The translations under genes were made by a program, and so were the position numbers. The notes under the pieces are model-generated. The model made no database searches. It saw nothing but the letters and a program-made list of their open reading frames with translations, and was not told where the DNA came from. Shown here piece by piece: positions 27,492 through 37,237 of a DNA stretch of 64,000 nt. The stretch is from Rhodobiaceae bacterium (GTDB taxonomy: Bacteria; Pseudomonadota; Alphaproteobacteria; Rhizobiales; Tepidamorphaceae), in the NCBI GenBank assembly GCA_020441995.1, contig JAGRLC010000003.1:6208-70207 (forward strand), given 5' to 3'. The first letter of the stretch is position 1. Every line of letters starts with the position of its first letter.

Positions 27492-27683
27492 ATGAGCATG
27501 AACAATGACCGCATGAATATGCCGGCCGCGCGCAGCAGCGGTGCCGGCTGGTTCGTTGCCGGCATCCTGGTTGCGTTGCTGGTTGGCGGCGGCCTCTATT
27601 ACGTGAACGGCGGCTTCTCATCGAGCGAGTCGGTCAGCGTGGAACTGAAGGTTCCCGACAACATCGTCCCAGGTAAGGAATAG
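27492..27683 (+). CDS. Small single-TM membrane protein (63 aa)
   Basis: AGGAG RBS at 27481, typical codon usage and one TM segment 'GWFVAGILVALLVGGGLYY'. Confidence 0.75.
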   Translation: MSMNNDRMNMPAARSSGAGWFVAGILVALLVGGGLYYVNGGFSSSESVSVELKVPDNIVPGKE

Positions 27684-27782
27684 CAGACCCGACGGGAGCG
27701 ACGTTGTTCTTGATCGCGTAATGTGCTGCTTTCCGGGAGCGTGCCTCACATTCCGTGAGGATCGTTCCTGGAAGGCGAAAGC

Positions 27783-28739
27783 TTGAATTATCCTCTCGGC
27801 ATCACGCTCAAGGTCATATCAGCATTGCTGTTCACAGTAATGATGACGTTGATCAAAACACTCAACAGCGCGATTCCGACCGGAGAGGTTATATTCGCGC
27901 GAAGCTTTTTCGCGATCCTGCCGATCCTTGGCTATATCTGCTGGCGCATCTGGCGCGAACGATCCGGAGTTCGCCTGCTACCGGGCATCCGCGCTGCCCT
28001 TCACACAGACTGGCCTTTTCGGCATGTCAGACGTGGCGTTGTTGGCTGCGTCGCTATGGGAAGCTCGTTTTTTGCCCTGAGCCTTCTGCCGCTCTCGGAA
28101 GCGATTACAATCGGATATGCCGCGCCACTGGTCACCGTTCTGCTGGCGCCATTAATGTTGGGTGAAAAGGTCGGTATCTACCGCACGACAGCCGTAATCG
28201 CCGGGTTTGTCGGCGTTCTGCTGGTGTTGTCCCCACATCTTTTTTCAAGCACGGCCGATCGCGGTAACGGTGCTCTTCTGGGCGCGTTCGTGGCATTGCT
28301 GGGGGCCTGCTGCACGGCCTTGGCCATGATCCAGATACGCGCGATGACGAAAAGCGAATCGACAATGGCGATTACCTTTTACTTCGCGATCAGCAGCACG
28401 ATGCTCGGATTGCTTTCCTTGCCCTTCGGCTGGGTTCTGCCCGAGCCTCTGACAATCGCGAAGCTGGTGATCATCGGCATTATCGGCGGTGTTGCGCAGA
28501 TATTCATGACCGAGAGCTACCGGCATGCGCCAACCTCTCTGATCGCGCCGTTCGACTACACCAGCCTCATGTGGGCGGTCGCGTTGGGTTACCTGGTTTT
28601 CGGCGAGGTGCCGGCGCCGGTCACGCTTGCCGGTGCTGCGGTCATCGTCGCGTCGGGGCTCTACGTCATCTATCGCGAACGCAAGCTCGGGCTTGAACGC
28701 GACAAGCAACGCAAGGCTGGCGCTATTCCGCTCGCCTGA
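27783..28739 (+). CDS. DMT/EamA family transporter
   Basis: 10 TM segments with 'F.RS', 'LGEKVG..R', 'APFDY' and 'FGEVP' motifs. Confidence 0.9.
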   Translation: MNYPLGITLKVISALLFTVMMTLIKTLNSAIPTGEVIFARSFFAILPILGYICWRIWRERSGVRLLPGIRAALHTDWPFRHVRRGVVGCVAMGSSFFALSLLPLSEAITIGYAAPLVTVLLAPLMLGEKVGIYRTTAVIAGFVGVLLVLSPHLFSSTADRGNGALLGAFVALLGACCTALAMIQIRAMTKSESTMAITFYFAISSTMLGLLSLPFGWVLPEPLTIAKLVIIGIIGGVAQIFMTESYRHAPTSLIAPFDYTSLMWAVALGYLVFGEVPAPVTLAGAAVIVASGLYVIYRERKLGLERDKQRKAGAIPLA

Positions 28740-28764
28740 TCATTTTTCCGGTTAAAGGCTCGCT

Positions 28765-29001
28765 TCAGAATGCCTTGAACGTGATGATCGTACGGGTGTC
28801 CTTGATTCCGTTCACCGCATGGACCTTCTCGTTGACGAAGTGACCGATATCGGTGCCCGCTTCGACATAGAACTTGACCAGGAGGTCGTGGTCGCCGGCT
28901 ATGGAATAGATTTCCGAGGCGATTTCCGCATCAGCGATCGCATTGGCCACATCATAGGCCATGCCGAGATGGCACTTGATCAGGACGAAGAACGGCGTCA
29001 T
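28765..29001 (-). CDS. Stand-alone Lrp/AsnC ligand-binding (RAM) domain protein
   Basis: 78 aa with 'YSIAG.HDLLVK' and 'GI.DT.T' motifs. No HTH. Confidence 0.85.
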   Translation of the reverse strand: MTPFFVLIKCHLGMAYDVANAIADAEIASEIYSIAGDHDLLVKFYVEAGTDIGHFVNEKVHAVNGIKDTRTIITFKAF

Positions 29002-29126
29002 CGCTAAATTGCTCCGGTCGGGACTGCGTGTATCGAAACCGGAAAGACTGTTTCACACAGCTGCTGCTTCGGGCAAGTGTGTTGCCTCTTGCAACAAGGC
29101 CGCGCTGCGCATAGGTTCTGCGCAAA

Positions 29127-29221
29127 ATCGTTGGGGTGTCGCGCTCTTCCGCGACTGAGAGACGGTGCAGTGCCGTCAACCCATTGAACCTGATCCGGAT
29201 TGTGCCGGCGGAGGGAACGAT
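29127..29221 (+). ncRNA. TPP (THI-box) riboswitch
   Basis: GGGGTG...CTGAGA...ACCC.TTGAACCTGATCCGG...TGCCGGCGGAGGGA core, P1 formed by ATCGTT/AACGAT, directly upstream of thiM. Confidence 0.95.
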
Positions 29222-29304
29222 GTCGAGATCGCATCTGAATACGTTTTTCCAATTTGATATCACTCGTGCGCCCGGGCTTCTTGCCCGTGTGCCTGGGCTA
29301 CGCC

Positions 29305-30090
29305 ATGACGCATGACAGCCCCACGACGCCGGCTGAAGTCGTTTTGGCGGCCGCCGATGCTTTCGCGACCCTGCGCGAGCGCAAGCCCCGCGTTCACGTC
29401 ATCACCAACACGGTCGCGCAACCGATCAGCGCGAATCTGCTTATCGCGGCGGGCGCGGTGCCTTCGATGACGGTGTCGCCGGAGGAGGTGCCCGACTTCG
29501 CCGCCCGCTCCGATGCGTTGCTGGTCAATCTGGGAACGCTCGATAACGAACGGCGCAGCGCCATCAGCGGTGCGCTCGATGTCGTCGGGGAGGCGCGTAC
29601 GCCATGGGTCCTGGATCCGGTGTTCGTCGATGTTTCGCCGACACGGCTTTCCTTTGCGCGTGAAATTCTCGCGCGTGAGCCGTGGATCATCCGGGTCAAT
29701 CCGAAGGAAGCCGCCGCGCTGGCGGAGGTTGAGGCGTACGAGCCGTCCGTGGCGGACCGGCTGGCGCTTGAAGCGGTTTCTGTCGTGCTTGTGACCGGTG
29801 CCGCCGATTACGCAACCAGTGGCAGCCGCCACGCGCAGGTTGCGAATGGTAATCCGCTTCTGGCGCAGGTGACCGGCTCCGGGTGCGCCGGTTCCGCGCT
29901 AACCGCGGCATTCCTCGCAGTCACCCACGATGCCCTGGTGGCTGCTGCCGGAGCCGCCGCCGTGATCGGCATTGCGGCTGAAAACGCGGCCCAGAGCGCC
30001 GAAGGCCCCGGCAGTTTTGCCTGGCGGCTTGTTGACGCCCTGTATGCCTTGTCTCCCGCCGATATCGCGCGCCGCGCCCGCATCGCGTGA
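29305..30090 (+). CDS. thiM: Hydroxyethylthiazole kinase
   Basis: 'PRVH.ITN.V', 'NLGTL', 'PWVLDPV' and 'VTGSGC' motifs. Follows the TPP riboswitch. Confidence 0.92.
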   Translation: MTHDSPTTPAEVVLAAADAFATLRERKPRVHVITNTVAQPISANLLIAAGAVPSMTVSPEEVPDFAARSDALLVNLGTLDNERRSAISGALDVVGEARTPWVLDPVFVDVSPTRLSFAREILAREPWIIRVNPKEAAALAEVEAYEPSVADRLALEAVSVVLVTGAADYATSGSRHAQVANGNPLLAQVTGSGCAGSALTAAFLAVTHDALVAAAGAAAVIGIAAENAAQSAEGPGSFAWRLVDALYALSPADIARRARIA

Positions 30091-30115
30091 CGTTTAAAAA
30101 CAATCAGGATTGGCG

Positions 30116-30814
30116 ATGCCCCATTCGCATGCACATGCCTTGAAACAATCTCGTGCCGACTTGCGCCTCTATGTGCTCGTCGATCCCTCGGTCGCAGGCG
30201 CGCGTGATCTTGCCGTGCTCGCGCGGCAGGCTGCCGAAGGCGGCTCCACATTGATCCAGCTGCGTGACAAGACCAGCGATACGCGTGCGTACATCGCGCG
30301 TGCGCGCGCGGTGCGCGAGGCGCTTGCGGCAAGCGGTGTCCCCTTCGTCGTCAATGACCGGGTCGATGTCGCGCTGGCCGCAGGCGCGGACGGCGTGCAT
30401 CTGGGTCAGGAGGACATGCATGCAACTGACGCACGCAGGCTGCTCGGGCCCGATGCCGTGATAGGCCTGACGATCAAGAACCTTGATCACGTTGCCGCAG
30501 CCCCGCTTGACGTTGTGGACTATCTCGCCGTTGGCGGCGTGTTCGAGACGACCAGCAAGGACAATCCGGATGCGCCCGTCGGTCTCGACGGCTTGCGCGA
30601 GATCATCGCCGCAATCCGTGCGCGTGGCTTTGCCGGGCAGGTTTGCGCCATTGCGGGCATCACGGCGGAGCGTGTGCCCGGTGTCATCGCGGCCGGCGCG
30701 GACGGGGTTTGCGTCGTCTCCGCCGTTATATCGCAAATCGAGCCGATGCAGGCCGCGCGGTCCCTTCGCGCGCTTGTGGATGCATCCCTGCGCAAGAGGG
30801 GTACACGCGCATGA
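30116..30814 (+). CDS. thiE: Thiamine-phosphate synthase
   Basis: 'QLRDK', 'VNDRVDVA', 'GVHLGQED', 'T.SK' and 'AIAGI' motifs. Start is approximate. Confidence 0.95.
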   Translation: MPHSHAHALKQSRADLRLYVLVDPSVAGARDLAVLARQAAEGGSTLIQLRDKTSDTRAYIARARAVREALAASGVPFVVNDRVDVALAAGADGVHLGQEDMHATDARRLLGPDAVIGLTIKNLDHVAAAPLDVVDYLAVGGVFETTSKDNPDAPVGLDGLREIIAAIRARGFAGQVCAIAGITAERVPGVIAAGADGVCVVSAVISQIEPMQAARSLRALVDASLRKRGTRA

Positions 30815-31614
30815 TCCCGATAGCGGTCACCATTGCAGGGTCGGATTCAGGCGGCGGCGCCGGCATCCAGGCCGACCTGAAAACCTTCTCGGCGCTGCAG
30901 ATCTATGGTGCCTCTGTGATTGCCGCGCTGACGGCGCAGAACACGCTTGGCGTCACCGGTGTCATGGATGTGCCGCCGGAGTTCGTCACCAAGCAGATCG
31001 ACGCGGTCTATTCCGATCTGAAGGTCGATGCGACGAAGATCGGCATGCTCAGCGATCCGGCGACGATCCGCGCGGTTGCCGCCGGGCTTTCGGCGCATGG
31101 CGCGCGCAACGTCGTGCTCGATCCCGTCATGGTCGCTGCCAGCGGCGACCCGCTGCTGAAGCCTGATGCGATCAGCGTCATTCGCGATGAACTGATGCCG
31201 CTCGCCGATGTCATTACGCCGAACCTGCATGAAGCAGCCGTGCTGACCGGCGAACCGGTCGCTCACAACATCGATGCCATGACTGAGCAGGGCAGGACGC
31301 TTGTGCGTGCCGGAGCGAAGGCGGTTCTGATCAAGGGCGGGCATCTCGATGGCGATGCGATCGATGTGCTTGTGGGACAGGACGAACCGAGGCTTTTCAG
31401 CGCTCCGCGCATCGATACCCGCAACACCCATGGCACCGGTTGCACGCTGTCATCCGCGATCGCGGCGCGGCTTGCGCTTGGCGATGATCTGAGCACGGCG
31501 ATCTCAGCTGCAAAGACATATCTCAGCGGCGCGCTTGCCGCATCGGACGGGCTCCGTATCGGCTCGGGGCACGGGCCGGTACACCATTTCCATGCGCTCT
31601 GGAAGAAAGGCTGA
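30811..31614 (+). CDS. thiD: Hydroxymethylpyrimidine/phosphomethylpyrimidine kinase
   Basis: '[18 protein letters not shown]', 'KIGML', 'TPN..E', 'HGTGCT' and 'G.GHGPV.H' motifs. Confidence 0.96.
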   Translation: MIPIAVTIAGSDSGGGAGIQADLKTFSALQIYGASVIAALTAQNTLGVTGVMDVPPEFVTKQIDAVYSDLKVDATKIGMLSDPATIRAVAAGLSAHGARNVVLDPVMVAASGDPLLKPDAISVIRDELMPLADVITPNLHEAAVLTGEPVAHNIDAMTEQGRTLVRAGAKAVLIKGGHLDGDAIDVLVGQDEPRLFSAPRIDTRNTHGTGCTLSSAIAARLALGDDLSTAISAAKTYLSGALAASDGLRIGSGHGPVHHFHALWKKG

Positions 31615-31618
31615 CTCC

Positions 31619-32695
31619 ATGACAACGATGACCAGACGCGGACTCCTGACCACCGGGGCAATCGGCGCCGGTGTGCTTGCCACTCCCGGGATTGTTCGCG
31701 CGCAGGACACACGCACCTGGCGGATGGTCACGTCGTGGCCGAAGAACCTGCCGGGGCCGGGCGTCACCGCGGAACGGCTGGCCAAGCGGATCACGACCGC
31801 GAGCGCGGGCGCTCTTACGGTCAAGGTTCATGCCGCAGGCGAGATCGTGCCCGCGCTTGAAGTGTTCGACGCGGTGCAGTCCGGCACGGCGCACATGGCG
31901 CATACGGCGAGCTTCTTCTGGCAGGGAAAATTGCCGGCATCCGTGTTCTATACCGCCATTCCCTTCGGGCTTACCGCACCGGAGCACGCGGCCTGGATTC
32001 TCCATGGCGGCGGGCAGGCGCTCTGGGACGAACTCTACGCGCCTGCCGGTATCAAGCCGTTCATGGGCGGCAATACAGGCATGCAGATGGGCGGCTGGTT
32101 CGCCAAGGAGATCAACTCGCTGGAAGACATCAAGGGGCTGAAGATGCGCATGCCGGGACTTGGCGGGGCAATCCTGAGCAAGCTCGGCGGAGCGCCGGTC
32201 TCTCTGCCACCGGGTGAAATCTTCGGCGCGCTGCAATCGGGCCTTGTCGATGCGGCCGAGTTCCTTGGCCCATGGTCCGACATGGCGCAGGGTTTCTACC
32301 GTGTTGCGCCGTACTACTACGCGCCCGGGTTTCACGAACCCAACGGCACCGGCGAATGCCTCGTGTCCGCCAAGGCTTATGGGGAACTGCCGGAAAACCT
32401 TCAGGCTGTCGTGTCCGATGCCTGCGCGGCGGAGAACGCATTGTCGGTCGCGGAGGCCGACTGGATGAATGGCGCTGCTCTGGACACGCTCGTCAGTGAG
32501 CACGGCGTCAAGCTGCGCAGTTATCCCGCCGAAGTGCTCGATGCCGCACGCGAGGCGGCGGAAGTGGTGCTGGACGAAGCCGCGGCGAAGGATGCGATGT
32601 TCGCAAAGACACTCGCATCCTACCGCGCGGCCAAAACGAGGCTGAGCGCCTGGACAAAGACAGGCACCCAGTCGTTCCTTGAAGCGCGCGGCTAA
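31619..32695 (+). CDS. Orphan TRAP solute-binding protein (TakP-like, Tat signal)
   Basis: Tat motif 'TRRGLL', 'WRMVTSWPK', 'QMGGWF.KEI', 'KMRMPGLG' and 'YYAPGFHEP'. No dctQM adjacent. Confidence 0.9.
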   Translation: MTTMTRRGLLTTGAIGAGVLATPGIVRAQDTRTWRMVTSWPKNLPGPGVTAERLAKRITTASAGALTVKVHAAGEIVPALEVFDAVQSGTAHMAHTASFFWQGKLPASVFYTAIPFGLTAPEHAAWILHGGGQALWDELYAPAGIKPFMGGNTGMQMGGWFAKEINSLEDIKGLKMRMPGLGGAILSKLGGAPVSLPPGEIFGALQSGLVDAAEFLGPWSDMAQGFYRVAPYYYAPGFHEPNGTGECLVSAKAYGELPENLQAVVSDACAAENALSVAEADWMNGAALDTLVSEHGVKLRSYPAEVLDAAREAAEVVLDEAAAKDAMFAKTLASYRAAKTRLSAWTKTGTQSFLEARG

Positions 32696-32709
32696 ATCCT
32701 GTCCCTGTA

Positions 32710-33564
32710 TTATTTCTCGAGGCGGTGGGCGACGACGCTCTGGCGTTGTTCGCCCAATCCCTCGACGCCCAGCACCATTTCGTCGCCGGCTTTCAAGAAG
32801 ACTTGAGGGTCCATCCCGAGGCCGACGCCGGCTGGCGTGCCGGTGATGATGATGTCGCCTGGCATCAGCGCCATGAAGCGACTGACATAGGCGACGATGT
32901 AGGGCACCGAGAAGATCATGTTGGCGGTGCTGCCTTCCTGCATGCGATTGCCATTGAGGTCGAGATACATGGAAAGGTTCTGCACGTTGGGCACTTCGTC
33001 CTTGGTGACCAGCCACGGGCCTACGGGGCCGAATGTCGGGGCGCTCTTTCCCTTGACCCACTGGCCGTCCATTTCGATCTGGAATTCGCGTTCGGAGACA
33101 TCGTTGCAGATGCAATAACCGGCGACATGATCGAGTGCGGTTGCTTCCGTCAGCTGATCGCAGGGGGAACCGATGACGATTCCCAGCTCGACTTCCCAGT
33201 CGCCCTTTTTCGATCCGGGCGGCAGGATCACATCATCATAGGGGCCGCTGATCGAGGTCGGCGCCTTGGTGAAGATGATCGGCACCTTCGGAATTGCCAT
33301 GCCCGCTTCCTCGGCATGGTCGGTGTAGTTCAGGCCAATGGCGACGAAGTTGTAGGGCATGGCGATGCATGAGCCGAGACGGGCATCATCGGGCGCGCGC
33401 GGCAGATCGTCGGGATCGACCCGGGCAATGCGTTCAAGGCCTTCCGGACGCAGTGCGGCGCCTGTTATATCGGCGACGACATGCGACAGGTCGCGGATGG
33501 TGCCGTCGGCAGCGATGATGCCGGGGCGCTCGAAGCCCTTAGAACCGAACCGGACGAGTTTCAT
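32710..33564 (-). CDS. Fumarylacetoacetate hydrolase family protein
   Basis: 'GLNY..H..E', 'DWEVEL', 'NDVSER', 'KGKS' and 'TGTP.GVG' motifs. AGGAG RBS. Confidence 0.93.
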   Translation of the reverse strand: MKLVRFGSKGFERPGIIAADGTIRDLSHVVADITGAALRPEGLERIARVDPDDLPRAPDDARLGSCIAMPYNFVAIGLNYTDHAEEAGMAIPKVPIIFTKAPTSISGPYDDVILPPGSKKGDWEVELGIVIGSPCDQLTEATALDHVAGYCICNDVSEREFQIEMDGQWVKGKSAPTFGPVGPWLVTKDEVPNVQNLSMYLDLNGNRMQEGSTANMIFSVPYIVAYVSRFMALMPGDIIITGTPAGVGLGMDPQVFLKAGDEMVLGVEGLGEQRQSVVAHRLEK

Positions 33565-33589
33565 GCAGCGGACTCCTATTCGTACTGAC

Positions 33590-34495
33590 TTGCCAGGCGG
33601 TTTTTCGCGCCGGCTGTTTTGGTGGCGCGATCATGCGCAATCCGTTTCGCTGCGGCAAGCCATTGGCGCGATTGCGCTGGCTGCATGGCTCGCGGCGCCG
33701 TCTCCACTTGCGGCAAACGACGCGCCGCAGCGGATCGTGTCGGTCAACATGTGCGCCGATCAACTGCTCCTTGCCCTGGCCGATCCGCAACAGATCGCGG
33801 CGCTGAGCTGGAATGCCACGCGCCGCCTGCTGTCGTTTTATGCCGGCAAGGCGGCGCAATTCGAACTCACACGCGGCTCGGCCGAGGACGTCATCCTCCG
33901 CCAGCCGGACCTCGTCCTTGCCGGGCCGTTTGCCGGCGGGCCGGCAAAAGCGGCGATGCGCCGCGCCGGTCTCAATGTGGAGCAATTGTCCGTGCCCGGC
34001 ACGCCGGCGGAAGCTGCCGACCAGATCGAGGATTTCGGGACGCTTATCGGGCAGGGTTTGCGGGGCAAAGCCGAAGCGCGGAAACTGCGCGACGCCTTTT
34101 CACAGCCCGCGGGAGAGGGCACGGGCAGGCCGATCAAGGCGCTTTACCTGCAGCGGCGCGGCGTCGTTACCGGTCGCGGCACGATGATGGATGCGCTGAT
34201 GCGGGCTGCGGGCCTTGAGAATGCCGTTGAAACGCAAGGCTTTGCCCGGATCGGCGTTGAACGCCTTGCGACCATCGACGCGGACTTGCTCATCCTCGAC
34301 GGGCATGGACTTCGCGCCGATGGAGATGCGGCGGATCAGGGCGCAGCGATCCTGGCGCACCCGATTATCGTCTCCCGGTTTCCTCCCGAACGGCGCGTGA
34401 TCGTGCCACAGTCGGAAATCATCTGCGCCGGGCCGCCGCTGGCCAAAGCACTGGAGCGGCTCAAGAACGCGGCGCAATCATTCCGTAAGCCGTGA
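33590..34495 (+). CDS. Iron-siderophore/cobalamin ABC solute-binding protein (BtuF-like)
   Basis: 'PQRIVS.N.CADQLLL.L', 'E..I...PDLVL' and C-terminal 'C.GP' motifs. Start codon is uncertain. Confidence 0.8.
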   Translation: MPGGFSRRLFWWRDHAQSVSLRQAIGAIALAAWLAAPSPLAANDAPQRIVSVNMCADQLLLALADPQQIAALSWNATRRLLSFYAGKAAQFELTRGSAEDVILRQPDLVLAGPFAGGPAKAAMRRAGLNVEQLSVPGTPAEAADQIEDFGTLIGQGLRGKAEARKLRDAFSQPAGEGTGRPIKALYLQRRGVVTGRGTMMDALMRAAGLENAVETQGFARIGVERLATIDADLLILDGHGLRADGDAADQGAAILAHPIIVSRFPPERRVIVPQSEIICAGPPLAKALERLKNAAQSFRKP

Positions 34496-34886
34496 TTGCT
34501 TTTAAGAGCCGCATTGGCGGCTCGTGCTGTTGTTTCCCTCCTAGACTTGTGCTGTTTGCGCAACAAATCCGGAAAAAAGGCCATTAAACCTCAATCTCGA
34601 CTTGTGCGATGCAATATAGATTTTCCGGATAAATCTTTGACATTGCCTGTGTGAATCCTTGCGCGGGTCATTTGAAATATTAATTCGCTTATTTTTCTGA
34701 GAGTTCGAACAAAAATGATGTTTTGCATTGCATCATACAATGATGATTACGCTACGTAACCTCAAATTCTTTCCGATTGTTGCATCAAAACCGAGATGTA
34801 AAGCTCTGGAAAATCAATAAGAGCCTGTGGTCAAGCAAAGCAGTGCCGGAAGTTATCTCTGGGGAAGATACGAGCGAGTTCAGGGC

Positions 34887-36206
34887 ATGACAAAGAACAG
34901 AAAATTCCTCGCGGCAAATGCCGTGCTGGCCATATCCGTCAGTGTTGCGGCTATCACTGTTGTTAACAATGCTTTTGCCGGGTCTTTTGCGCTGAGGGAG
35001 CAGAGCACCTACAGCCAGGGCGCCAGTTTCGCCGGAAACGCCACCTGCGGCGACTCGATCCAGGGTGCGTTCTGGAATCCGTCGGTGATCACCTGCAATG
35101 ACGCGATGGCGATTTCCGAAGGAAGCCTGTCGCTTCTGTTTCTGAGCACCGAGGTGGATACGACAGCGGCAGCGGATATCCTCACCAAGCCGGACCCGGG
35201 CGATATCGGCAAGTTTGGCGCCGTGCCGTCCTCCTCGTTTTCCTTCGCTTACAACGAGAGCGTTTTTCTCGGCTATACCGTCAACGGACCGTATGGCCTC
35301 AAGCTCGGAACGCCGGCGAACCATAACGGTGACGCTTACTTCCGTGACGCCGAGATATTCTCGCTCAACGCGACGCCCATCGTTGGTTACAAGATCAACG
35401 ATTACATCTCGGTCGCTGCGGGCATTCAGATCGAGTATTTCGATCTTACGAAATTCTCGCGGCAGGCTACGAGTGCCGCTGCCAGCGCGATCGGCAATGC
35501 CACCAATGTGAATTTGTCCGGCGACGATATAGGCGTCGGCTTCACGCTCGGCGCGACGTTGAAACCGGCGGAGGGCACCGAGATCGGTATCGGATTCCGT
35601 TCAAGTATCGCGCATTCGCTTGAAGGAACGCTGGTGCAATCGCTTGGCGGCGGTTCGACGAGCACGCCGATTTCCGCCGACCTCGATACGCCGGAAGTCG
35701 TGACCGTCAGCCTGCGCCAGAAAATAAACGACACCTTCACGCTGCTGGGCACGGTTGAATGGACCAACTGGAGCCGGCTTCAGATCATTCCTGTCACCAC
35801 GACGGGAGGCGCGGTCGTAACGACCTTCCCCTTCTCCTATGACGATGGCTGGTTCTTCTCGCTCGGTGGTGAATACCAATACAACGACAAGCTGACCCTT
35901 CGCGGCGGCATCGGCTGGGAGGTTTCACCGGTCGGCGACGACTCCCGGTCTCTGAGCCTGCCCGACGACGACCGGCTTTGGCTGTCGGTCGGCACGACCT
36001 ACAAGAAGGACGACAAGTGGAGCTTCAACGCGGCCTATACATTCATCACCGCGTTCGACACGACAATTGACCTGTCACCCGGAAACCCCTGGTTCACCGG
36101 TGCGCAAGGCCTGTATCAGGCCGACGTCGATGCCACCGTCCACATTGTTTCCGTCGGGTTCCAGCGCAAGTTCGGCGGTGGCCCGGTCTACGCAATGCCG
36201 CAATAA
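34887..36206 (+). CDS. fadL: OmpP1/FadL family outer-membrane long-chain fatty acid transporter
   Basis: Signal peptide, 'F.LREQS', 'FWNPS' (NPA hatch motif), 'WTNWS' and 'LPD.DR.W' with alternating beta-strands. Confidence 0.9.
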   Translation: MTKNRKFLAANAVLAISVSVAAITVVNNAFAGSFALREQSTYSQGASFAGNATCGDSIQGAFWNPSVITCNDAMAISEGSLSLLFLSTEVDTTAAADILTKPDPGDIGKFGAVPSSSFSFAYNESVFLGYTVNGPYGLKLGTPANHNGDAYFRDAEIFSLNATPIVGYKINDYISVAAGIQIEYFDLTKFSRQATSAAASAIGNATNVNLSGDDIGVGFTLGATLKPAEGTEIGIGFRSSIAHSLEGTLVQSLGGGSTSTPISADLDTPEVVTVSLRQKINDTFTLLGTVEWTNWSRLQIIPVTTTGGAVVTTFPFSYDDGWFFSLGGEYQYNDKLTLRGGIGWEVSPVGDDSRSLSLPDDDRLWLSVGTTYKKDDKWSFNAAYTFITAFDTTIDLSPGNPWFTGAQGLYQADVDATVHIVSVGFQRKFGGGPVYAMPQ

Positions 36207-36237
36207 TCATTTCCCTGTCAGGGGACGAACGGGGCGG

Positions 36238-36268
36238 AAAGCCGGTCTTCTGACCGGCTTTTCTTTTT
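36238..36268. terminator. Rho-independent terminator (probably bidirectional) between fadL and the SDR gene
   Basis: AAAGCCGGTC-TTCT-GACCGGCTTT followed by TCTTTTT. Confidence 0.8.
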
Positions 36269-36276
36269 CAGGCGGC

Positions 36277-37056
36277 TTACCAGCAGCCGGGATAGCGTCC
36301 GCCGTCGATCAGCACGTTCTGGTTGGCGATATAGCCGGCGTAGGCCGAGCACAGGAATGCGCAGGTCTTGCCGAACTCTTCCGGTTTGCCGAAGCGCTTG
36401 GCGGGGATTGCGCCGCGCCGCTCCGCCTCGACTTCGTCCTTGGGTTTGCCGGTGCTTTTCATTGCGGCGCTGATCAGCGAATCCAGCCGGTCGGTCGCGA
36501 ACATGCCCGGCAGCAGGTTGTTGATGGTCACATTGCGGTCGAGGTATTTCGGCGTGACGCCGGCCACAAATGCGGTCAGGCCGGCGCGTGCGCCCGAGGA
36601 AAGATCGAGACCGGGGATCGGCTGTTTTACCGAGCCCGAGGTGATGTTGACGATGCGCCCGAAGCCGCGTTCAGCCATGCCGTCGATGACCTTCTGGATC
36701 AGTTCTATGGGCGTCACCATGTTCTGAACGCAGCCCTTCAGCATGGCTTCGCGGCTGATGTCGCGGAAATCGCTGAAGGGCGGCCCGGCATTGTTGTTGA
36801 CGAGAATATCCACCGTGCCGGCAGCCGCGATCATCGCATCCTGTGTTTCGGCAAGGCTGACATCGCCCGCGACGGGTATGACTTCAGCGCCATAGGTATC
36901 CGCGATCTCTTTGGCTGTTTCCTTCAGCCGTTCTGCATCAAGGCCATTGACGATCACCTTGCAGCCGGCTTCGGCCAGTGCCTCGGCGCAGGCGCGCCCC
37001 AGACCGCGGCTTGATGCGCAGACAATTGCCGTGCGGCCGGAAATTCCCAGATCCAT
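36277..37056 (-). CDS. SDR family oxidoreductase
   Basis: 'ASSRGLG' and 'VNNNAGPP' motifs, with the atypical 'LS...R' catalytic variant of this SDR subfamily. Confidence 0.9.
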   Translation of the reverse strand: MDLGISGRTAIVCASSRGLGRACAEALAEAGCKVIVNGLDAERLKETAKEIADTYGAEVIPVAGDVSLAETQDAMIAAAGTVDILVNNNAGPPFSDFRDISREAMLKGCVQNMVTPIELIQKVIDGMAERGFGRIVNITSGSVKQPIPGLDLSSGARAGLTAFVAGVTPKYLDRNVTINNLLPGMFATDRLDSLISAAMKSTGKPKDEVEAERRGAIPAKRFGKPEEFGKTCAFLCSAYAGYIANQNVLIDGGRYPGCW

Positions 37057-37116
37057 CTTGTTCCTCCTGCCATTGTTTTACAGGGCCAATTCGACACATT
37101 GCCCTCGTTTGGCCCA

Positions 37117-37134
37117 TTGTCATATTTATGAAAC
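37117..37134 (+). promoter_or_regulatory. Pho box (PhoB site)
   Basis: TTGTCAT-ATTT-ATGAAAC, fitting the YTGTCAT-N4-YTGTMAY repeat, about 100 nt upstream of the plcP-like gene. Confidence 0.7.
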
Positions 37135-37237
37135 CGGAATCGAGGTAAGGCCTTACGACATAAGGCATGAGGGCCACGCGGGCGAGCCTTGTTCGTTCCG
37201 CGCATGAATGGCGCCCTGACAAAAAAAGAGGTTATCC

